A stretch of DNA of 64,000 nt. Origin: a bacterium (GTDB taxonomy: Bacteria > Patescibacteriota > Minisyncoccia > Phycocordibacterales > Phycocordibacteraceae). How positions within the stretch are numbered: the first letter of the stretch is position 1; each line of letters starts with the position of its first letter. The notes under the pieces were generated by a model that saw nothing but the letters and a program-made list of their open reading frames with translations, was not told the origin of the DNA and made no database searches. Below are positions 58,043 through 64,000 of the stretch, in pieces. The stretch lies in the NCBI GenBank assembly GCA_037200965.1, contig JBBCGK010000001.1, positions 433,992 to 497,991 of the forward strand, given 5' to 3'. The translations under genes were made by a program, and so were the position numbers.

Positions 58043-59094
58043 GGTGCCGCATATTCAAACGGCACATATAAGGGCGCTTTTTCAAGAAATACCCGGCTTA
58101 AGAGCTCGCTCTGTTCCGTAATGGTATTGCGGAGCGTACGGCGTTTCCCGTGATGGAGGACTTTCGACTCGAGGCGCTTAAGCACCGCCTCAACCACCTT
58201 GCTCTTTCCTTGCGCAGAAAGCCGATATTCGATCTTGCTTACCTGCTCGAAATCGCCGCGCTTGCCAAGTTCCTGAGAAATGAAGAGCGGCATGACTGCA
58301 GCGTCGACGACGGGGACCCGAAACTCTTCGACCAGATCGAGGACGAGCGCGGGCTTGCCGTAACGCTCGGAATGATAAAGTCCGAGATACGGGTCGAGAC
58401 CGATATAAAGGCACGCCCGCTCGACTTCGTTATAGAGGATGCCGTATCCGTAATTAAGAGCGCTGTTGAACTTGTCCCTGCCTTGCGGTATCCGGCCCGG
58501 GAACTTAAAAAGCGATTTCATGCCTTGCCAATAGCGCTCTGCAATGGATCCTTCAAGGCCAAGCAGTTCCTCGTTCACCCGGTTGCTCGGAAGCAGCTTC
58601 GCTATCGACTCAAAAACCGCCTCCGCCTGCATCCGCTCCTTCGCATTCTCCGCACCGTATCGGTCGGCAAGATGGCGCATAAAGCGGATTTGGTTGCGGC
58701 ACTTACCGACAACGAAGGTACGCGCAAGTTCGAAGGATTTAGCCGGATCGGAGGAAGTCGTAAGCTGTGCGCGGCGCAATGTCGCGAGCCCCTTCGGGTC
58801 GCTTGAGAAAATGCGCCCGACGGGTTTCCCAAATGCGCCGAGATAGACGATATCGACTTCGTGCTCGAGCGCGAGTTGCACCGCATGCATGGAAATGGAG
58901 GACGGACGGAGTATGACGATCTTAGCAAGCCGCCGGACCGGATACTCCTTCTTAACCCGGAGAAGCTTTACCGCAGTTCCCCGCTTGCGACGCCTGCCAC
59001 CCCCAAGCGGCTTTCGCGGAACCGGGAGACTGACCGTAATACGCTCGCCCGTCGCGCCGATGAAGCTGCCATAGGTATCTATCAGCAAATCCAT
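58039..59094 (-). CDS. cas1: CRISPR-associated integrase Cas1
   Basis: NSALNYGYGILYNEVERACLYIGLDPYLGLYHSERYGKPALVLDLVEEFRVPVVDAAV is the hallmark Cas1 catalytic-region signature; 351 aa. Confidence 0.85.
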   Translation of the reverse strand: MDLLIDTYGSFIGATGERITVSLPVPRKPLGGGRRRKRGTAVKLLRVKKEYPVRRLAKIVILRPSSISMHAVQLALEHEVDIVYLGAFGKPVGRIFSSDPKGLATLRRAQLTTSSDPAKSFELARTFVVGKCRNQIRFMRHLADRYGAENAKERMQAEAVFESIAKLLPSNRVNEELLGLEGSIAERYWQGMKSLFKFPGRIPQGRDKFNSALNYGYGILYNEVERACLYIGLDPYLGLYHSERYGKPALVLDLVEEFRVPVVDAAVMPLFISQELGKRGDFEQVSKIEYRLSAQGKSKVVEAVLKRLESKVLHHGKRRTLRNTITEQSELLSRVFLEKAPLYVPFEYAAP

Positions 59095-59149
59095 GGGGCG
59101 TATATACTACCGCCTTGACCTAGTGTCAAGGATCACGCAACGCCCTCGC

Positions 59150-60580
59150 TTACCCAAGCCTCGGAAACAGATTCTCCGGTTTCTTATTTTCCGTAACCGC
59201 CTCTTTTATTTTCTCGCTCGTCGACGGCATGAAAGGACTGAGGAAACGGGCAATCCAATAGAGCTCGGCGGCGAGCCCGGCAATGATCGCTCTTCCCTTT
59301 TCCGGATCGTTCTTCACGAGCTTGAACGGCTCTTCGGCCGTGATGCGTTCGTCGGCAGCTTGTATGCGCGCGAATATGTAATCGAGCGCCTGATCGAAAC
59401 GGAAAGCTGCGAACGCATCAATATATTCTTTCGGAAACGCTTCCGACGGGGCAGGACGCGCGACCGGCTCCGGAAGGTGCGTCTCGGCAAGCTTCATCAC
59501 ACGCGCGACGAGGTTCCCGAGGCCGTTCGTAAGATTCGCGGTATACCACTCATCAAGCCGCTCCCACGTGACATCGGAATCTTCAACCGGATGCACGTGC
59601 CGAAGCAGCATGTAGCGGGTGGCGTCCGTACCGTATTTCGCAACAAGCTCGCCCGGGCTTATGACATTCCCGAGACTCTTGCTCATCCGCTGCCCGCCGG
59701 AATTTATGAATCCGTGATAGAAGACCTGATCGGTGTTCTTAATGCCGGCCGAAAAGAGCATCGCCTGCCACATAAGCGACTGGAATCGCACCTGATCCTT
59801 CCCTGCCGTCTGGAGCGTTTGTCCTTCCTCCCAGAACTTCTTGAAATTGCCGTCCGCGTCTCCGGGCCATCCGAGCGCCGAGATGTAGTTCGTAAGAGCG
59901 TCGAACCAGACGTACATAACCTGCGTATCGTCTCCCGGAACCGGAACCCCCCACGAAAGCCGCGCTTTCTCGCGCGAGATACTGAAATCCTCGAGCCCTC
60001 CTTTCACGAAGCTGAGCGCCTCCTCCCTCCTCCACTCAGGAATTACGACATCCGGACGGGCGAGGTACTCGATCAGGCGGTCCTGATACTTTGAATATCT
60101 AAAGAAATGATTTTCTTCCGAAATCTCCTGGAGCTCGAGATTTGGGTGGAGCACGCAATGCCCGTCGGCCAGCTCCTTTTCCGTCTTGTACGCTTCGCAT
60201 CCGACGCAATACCAGCCAACATAGGCCTTCTTATATATATCCCCCGCTGCCTCGCACCGCTTCCACATCTCCTCGGCAGCCCTGATATGCTCGGGGCTCG
60301 TCGTCCGCATGAACCCGTCGTTAGTGAGTGCGAGCGTCTCCCTAAGCGAGCGTACCCGTCCCGCATAGTCGTCGACGTAGGCCTGCACATCCTGTCCTAC
60401 TTTTTCGGCTGACTGGAATATCTTTTGCCCGTGCTCGTCGGTTCCAGTCGAGAAAAATACTTCTTCGCCAGAAAGCCGCCAGAAACGCGCAAGCGCGTCG
60501 GCCTGCACAAGCTCGAGCGCGAAGCCGATATGCTGATCGGCATTCACGTACGGAATCGTTGTCGTTACGTATCTCGCCAT
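59150..60580 (-). CDS. metG: Methionyl-tRNA synthetase
   Basis: HIGFALE (HIGH-like), zinc knuckle CVGCEAY...CVLHP, KMSKSLGN. Confidence 0.85.
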   Translation of the reverse strand: MARYVTTTIPYVNADQHIGFALELVQADALARFWRLSGEEVFFSTGTDEHGQKIFQSAEKVGQDVQAYVDDYAGRVRSLRETLALTNDGFMRTTSPEHIRAAEEMWKRCEAAGDIYKKAYVGWYCVGCEAYKTEKELADGHCVLHPNLELQEISEENHFFRYSKYQDRLIEYLARPDVVIPEWRREEALSFVKGGLEDFSISREKARLSWGVPVPGDDTQVMYVWFDALTNYISALGWPGDADGNFKKFWEEGQTLQTAGKDQVRFQSLMWQAMLFSAGIKNTDQVFYHGFINSGGQRMSKSLGNVISPGELVAKYGTDATRYMLLRHVHPVEDSDVTWERLDEWYTANLTNGLGNLVARVMKLAETHLPEPVARPAPSEAFPKEYIDAFAAFRFDQALDYIFARIQAADERITAEEPFKLVKNDPEKGRAIIAGLAAELYWIARFLSPFMPSTSEKIKEAVTENKKPENLFPRLG

Positions 60581-61630
60581 TTATGCCGCAAGGCGCGCGC
60601 GCTCCCTGCGCGCCTTGTCAATGTCGCTCACGAACTCCTGGAGAATCGCCGCGAGCGGGACCGAGAGGAAAACCCCGAGGAACCCGGCGAGTTCCCCGCC
60701 CGCGATAAGGGCGACGATGACGAGGAGCGGCGGCACGCCGATGATCTTCTTCACCACGAGCGGGTAGATGAGGTTCGCCTCGAACTGGTTCACGACGACG
60801 AAGAGCCCGGCGACAATGAACGCAAGGGGCGTCCCGCCGAATGTCCAGGCGACGACGATCGCCGGAACCGCCGCGATGAAGGAGCCGAAGACCGGGATGA
60901 TTTCGCACATCGCCGTGAAGATGCCAAGAAGCAGAGCATAGGGAACGCCGAGAATGAGGAGGCCGAGATAGACGAGAATGCCTGCGAGAAGCGACATGAG
61001 AAGCTGTCCCTGCATCCAGAGGCCGATCTTCTGCTGCGAACGCCGCCAGAGGCCGACGACATACTGCTCCTTCGAGACCGGCGTGATGAGGCGTATGAAA
61101 TCCTCGACGCCCGACTCCTGCACGGAGAAATAAAACGAGAGGACGATAACGAGGAAGAGCGAGAACGCGCCGCCGAAGAACGCGGCAAGAAGATTGATCG
61201 CGCCTTGGGAACCGGCCGCAAGCCCGTCGCGAAGCGCGAGCAGCTCGCCAAGCACGTTGCCTCCCCCGCCCTGGTCGGTGAGCGAAGCGGGAAGATTCAC
61301 GCTCTCAAGATAGTGCGGGACGCTTGAGAAGAAGCCGCCCGCCTCGTCGAGTATCGGCGGGAAGAAGAAAAACAGCACGATGAACACCGCGCCGAACACG
61401 ATGAGATACATGGCAAGGACCGCCAACACGCGCGGGAAGCGGTACCGCATAAAGAAATGCACGCCGGGGCGTATCGCCGAGGCGAGGACGACGGCGGTAA
61501 TGAGGAGAAGCACGAGGCCCTTGAGCGTCCAGAGGGCATAGGCGCCCGCGGCGATAACGAGCGCCATGAGCATCGTTCCCGGGGTGATGGTGATCGAGAA
61601 CTGCTTATCCATGGCGGAATAGTAACACAA
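60581..61630 (-). CDS. AI-2E family transporter (PerM/UPF0118)
   Basis: 8 TM helices; ...EIIPVFGSFIAAVPAIVVAW... signature; abuts metG. Confidence 0.7.
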   Translation of the reverse strand: MCYYSAMDKQFSITITPGTMLMALVIAAGAYALWTLKGLVLLLITAVVLASAIRPGVHFFMRYRFPRVLAVLAMYLIVFGAVFIVLFFFFPPILDEAGGFFSSVPHYLESVNLPASLTDQGGGGNVLGELLALRDGLAAGSQGAINLLAAFFGGAFSLFLVIVLSFYFSVQESGVEDFIRLITPVSKEQYVVGLWRRSQQKIGLWMQGQLLMSLLAGILVYLGLLILGVPYALLLGIFTAMCEIIPVFGSFIAAVPAIVVAWTFGGTPLAFIVAGLFVVVNQFEANLIYPLVVKKIIGVPPLLVIVALIAGGELAGFLGVFLSVPLAAILQEFVSDIDKARRERARLAA

Positions 61631-61677
61631 AGGGCGCTCCGAATGGAGCGCCCTGAGTTTCCGTTTCCGGCACTCCT

Positions 61678-62199
61678 TCAGCGTGCCGCAGCGCCAAGCT
61701 GCTCGTCGGGGAGCCTGTCGTCGGGCGACATGAAGAGCGCAACCACCCCAAGGACGACAGACAGAAATCCGAATCCCGGATTAGCTCCGAGGCCTGCGGA
61801 GAGGAGCACGAGCGCGGGCATGGTGAGCGAAATCGTCGTCGCCCCCAAGTGGAGGACCGGGTGTTCGATCGCGTTCACGCTGCGCGGATAGCCGAAGTCC
61901 GAGACGTAAAGCAGAAGAAGCAGTGTGGCTGCGGTACTCGCGACGCCGATCACCCAAGAACCGCCGAGGAAAAGCATGACGGTGCCCGCGGCCGCAAAGA
62001 CTGCCGAAGGCGCCGCAATGGTTGCCTGCATTTTATTCATCTTTTGCAGGATGCCCATGCCGACCGCAAGCAAGAATACAATACCCATCACCCTATTCTG
62101 CTGGGCGAGCACATTGACATGAAACAGGGAGCTGGTGACGTAAAAGTACAAAGGACCGGTTGCCATGAGGGCAGCCGCGAATATCTTGTTCATGAGCAA
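61678..62199 (-). CDS. Hypothetical polytopic membrane protein (173 aa)
   Basis: Five or six hydrophobic helices; no family recognised. Confidence 0.4.
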   Translation of the reverse strand: MLMNKIFAAALMATGPLYFYVTSSLFHVNVLAQQNRVMGIVFLLAVGMGILQKMNKMQATIAAPSAVFAAAGTVMLFLGGSWVIGVASTAATLLLLLYVSDFGYPRSVNAIEHPVLHLGATTISLTMPALVLLSAGLGANPGFGFLSVVLGVVALFMSPDDRLPDEQLGAAAR

Positions 62200-62285
62200 T
62201 CTCCCGATTTGGCACGCAGGATGCGGGCCGAGCCTCTGAGCAGCAGAGTAGCGCTGCTTGTAGAAAGTGCAAGAGGTTCTTCTGC

Positions 62286-63683
62286 TTATGAAAGCGTTGC
62301 CCTTAGTCTCTCGGCAACCTGCCCGACCGTAAGGCGCTCCTGCGCTCCGGTATCCCGGTCGCGAAGCGTCACGGTGTCCTTAAGTTCCGGCATCTCCCCG
62401 AGCGTATCGAAGTCGATTGTCACGCACCAGGGCGTTCCGATCTCGTCCTGCCTCCGGTAGCGCTTGCCGATGTTGCCGTTATCGTCCCAGGCGATTGCCG
62501 GATGGATCTTCTTAAGGGCCGCGCGCACTTCCCTCGCCTTTTCGACGAGTTCCGGCTTGTTTTTGAGGAGCGGAAAGACCGCCGCTTTCACCGGCGCGAC
62601 CTTCGGCGAGAGCGCGAGACGTATCCGCTTTTCTCCGCCAAGTTCGTCCTCCTGATACGCATCGAGAAGAATCGCGAAGAACAGGCGCCCGACACCTCCC
62701 GAGGATTCTATGATGTGCGGGATGAAGCGGGTGCCGCTTTCTTCGTCGAAGTAATCGAGCGACTTCCCGCTTCCTTTCGAGTGCTGCGTAAGGTCGTAAT
62801 CGCCGCGCGCGTGAATACCCTCGAGCTCGTCGAACCCCCACGGGAAACGATATTCGATATCCCACGCGTCTTTCGCATAGAACACGAGATTCTCATGCCG
62901 TTTCCAGCGAAGATTGTCCGCGTCAAATCCCAGTTCGAGGATCGCATTCCATCGGTACTCCCTGAGTTTCTCGTACTCGGACATCTCCTGCTCCGGACGC
63001 GTAAAATACTGCATTTCCATCTGTTCGAACTCGCGCCCGCGAAAGAGAAACTGCCGCGGCGATATTTCGTTCCGGAACGCCTTGCCGATCTGCGCGATGC
63101 CAAACGGCAATTTCATGGGGTTCGAGTCGAGCACGTTCTTGTAGTCCACGTAAATGCCCTGGCATGTCTCTCCGCGAAGATATGCCGGGGCGCTGCCCTG
63201 TTCGGTGAAGTCGCCGAGATTCGACTTCACGAGCAGATTGAACTTTCGCGCCAGAGAGAAATCGTGGCTCCCGCACTTCTCGCACGCGATTTCCGCCCGG
63301 TGCGCGTCGAAGAGCTTGTTTATCTCGTCCTCGCTCATCTTCTCGTCAGCCACGATTCCTATCGATTCGAGCGCCTTATCAACCCGTATGCGCGTATTGC
63401 ACACCTTGCACTCCGCCATCGGGTCTGAGAAGCCTTTCGTATGGCCGCTCGCTTCCCAGACGCGCGGATTCATGAAGATCGCCGCATCGAGGCCGACGAT
63501 ATCGTCCCGATCGTATACCATCTTTCTCCACCACTGCGCTTTCAGGTTGTTTTCGAGTTCGACGCCGAGAGGGCCGAAATCGTAGACCCCGGCGAAACCG
63601 CCGTAGATTTCGGAGCTCGGATACACGAACCCCCGGCGCTTCGCGAGCGACACGATCTTCTCCATCTTGTCCGCAGCCTCCAT
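62286..63683 (-). CDS. glyQS: Glycyl-tRNA synthetase, dimeric archaeal/eukaryotic type
   Basis: Class II motifs and ...SGGVGRLFFAILLDAY...; anticodon-binding C-terminus; 465 aa. Confidence 0.8.
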   Translation of the reverse strand: MEAADKMEKIVSLAKRRGFVYPSSEIYGGFAGVYDFGPLGVELENNLKAQWWRKMVYDRDDIVGLDAAIFMNPRVWEASGHTKGFSDPMAECKVCNTRIRVDKALESIGIVADEKMSEDEINKLFDAHRAEIACEKCGSHDFSLARKFNLLVKSNLGDFTEQGSAPAYLRGETCQGIYVDYKNVLDSNPMKLPFGIAQIGKAFRNEISPRQFLFRGREFEQMEMQYFTRPEQEMSEYEKLREYRWNAILELGFDADNLRWKRHENLVFYAKDAWDIEYRFPWGFDELEGIHARGDYDLTQHSKGSGKSLDYFDEESGTRFIPHIIESSGGVGRLFFAILLDAYQEDELGGEKRIRLALSPKVAPVKAAVFPLLKNKPELVEKAREVRAALKKIHPAIAWDDNGNIGKRYRRQDEIGTPWCVTIDFDTLGEMPELKDTVTLRDRDTGAQERLTVGQVAERLRATLS

Positions 63684-63711
63684 ATCGAATCCGTTATAGC
63701 AAAGCCGCGGA

Positions 63712-64000
63712 TTATTGCACGTCCGACGTGTCCGGACGGTACGCCGGATCGCGGTCCATTTGCGTCGTGACGACGCTTCCCTGTCCCGTGACCGTCACCT
63801 GCGCGAAACGGTCGACGCCCGTGATCGTCGGCGCGTTTACCAAGACCGGACTTCCCCCGCGCTGGTTGACGCTTGGCGTGAAGCCGATCTGGAACATCGC
63901 CTGAGCCGAGGCGCCTGCGGCTATGTCGCCCGCGCTCCAGGTAACGGTGCGGGACGACGGGTTATAGGAAACGGAACCGTCGGCGGGAGAGGTCGCGCCG
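63712..64000 (-). CDS. C-terminal part of a gene continuing beyond the window end (hypothetical)
   Basis: Minus-strand frame is open to the window edge; T/S/G-rich. Confidence 0.25.
   Translation of the reverse strand, partial: GATSPADGSVSYNPSSRTVTWSAGDIAAGASAQAMFQIGFTPSVNQRGGSPVLVNAPTITGVDRFAQVTVTGQGSVVTTQMDRDPAYRPDTSDVQ

Overview
High-GC (about 60%) bacterial chromosomal segment. The rRNA genes interrupted by homing-endonuclease introns, the unlinked 16S and 23S-5S, and the archaeal-type UMP kinase and GlyRS suggest a CPR/Patescibacteria-like lineage (inference).

Ordinary content, in order:
- A partial 16S rRNA on the minus strand, carrying a ~935-nt intron that encodes a LAGLIDADG endonuclease.
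- pyrH, secDF, a dinJ-yafQ toxin-antitoxin pair, folD, a cell-envelope glycosylation cluster (epimerase, phosphoglycosyl transferase, GT4) and a SEDS FtsW/RodA.
- A 23S-5S locus on the minus strand. The 23S carries three group-I-like introns (two with LAGLIDADG ORFs, one of them I-CreI-like at the L2593 site) plus a hairpin-enclosed ORF-bearing insertion.
- rplJL, an OmpR-type response regulator, two paralogous peptidoglycan-binding surface proteins, ftsK, recA, an ECF sigma/anti-sigma pair, efp, rpsF-ssb-rpsR and tatD.
- After the locus described below: metG, an AI-2E transporter and glyQS.

The stand-out locus is 38559-59094. cas1-cas2 sit 32 nt from the first of six perfectly identical 36-nt direct repeats, GTTGCACAACCTCCTTTTTACGAACGATCCTGCAGG. 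The repeats are not separated by ~30-nt spacers. They delimit five segments of 1.4-10.9 kb, each carrying whole or truncated foreign-looking genes:
- a MazG-like plus PurZ-like Z-base module;
- a T4CP-like ATPase, twin secreted nucleases and a truncated Tc-toxin-like gene;
- a tail-fibre-like protein;
- a PRTase-domain protein;
- a truncated patatin-like phospholipase.

Several segment ends cut genes mid-ORF, and most segments look lower in GC than the backbone. This looks like a CRISPR-type adaptation module associated with giant gene-bearing spacers, that is, cassette capture. I am not aware of a described system with this organisation.
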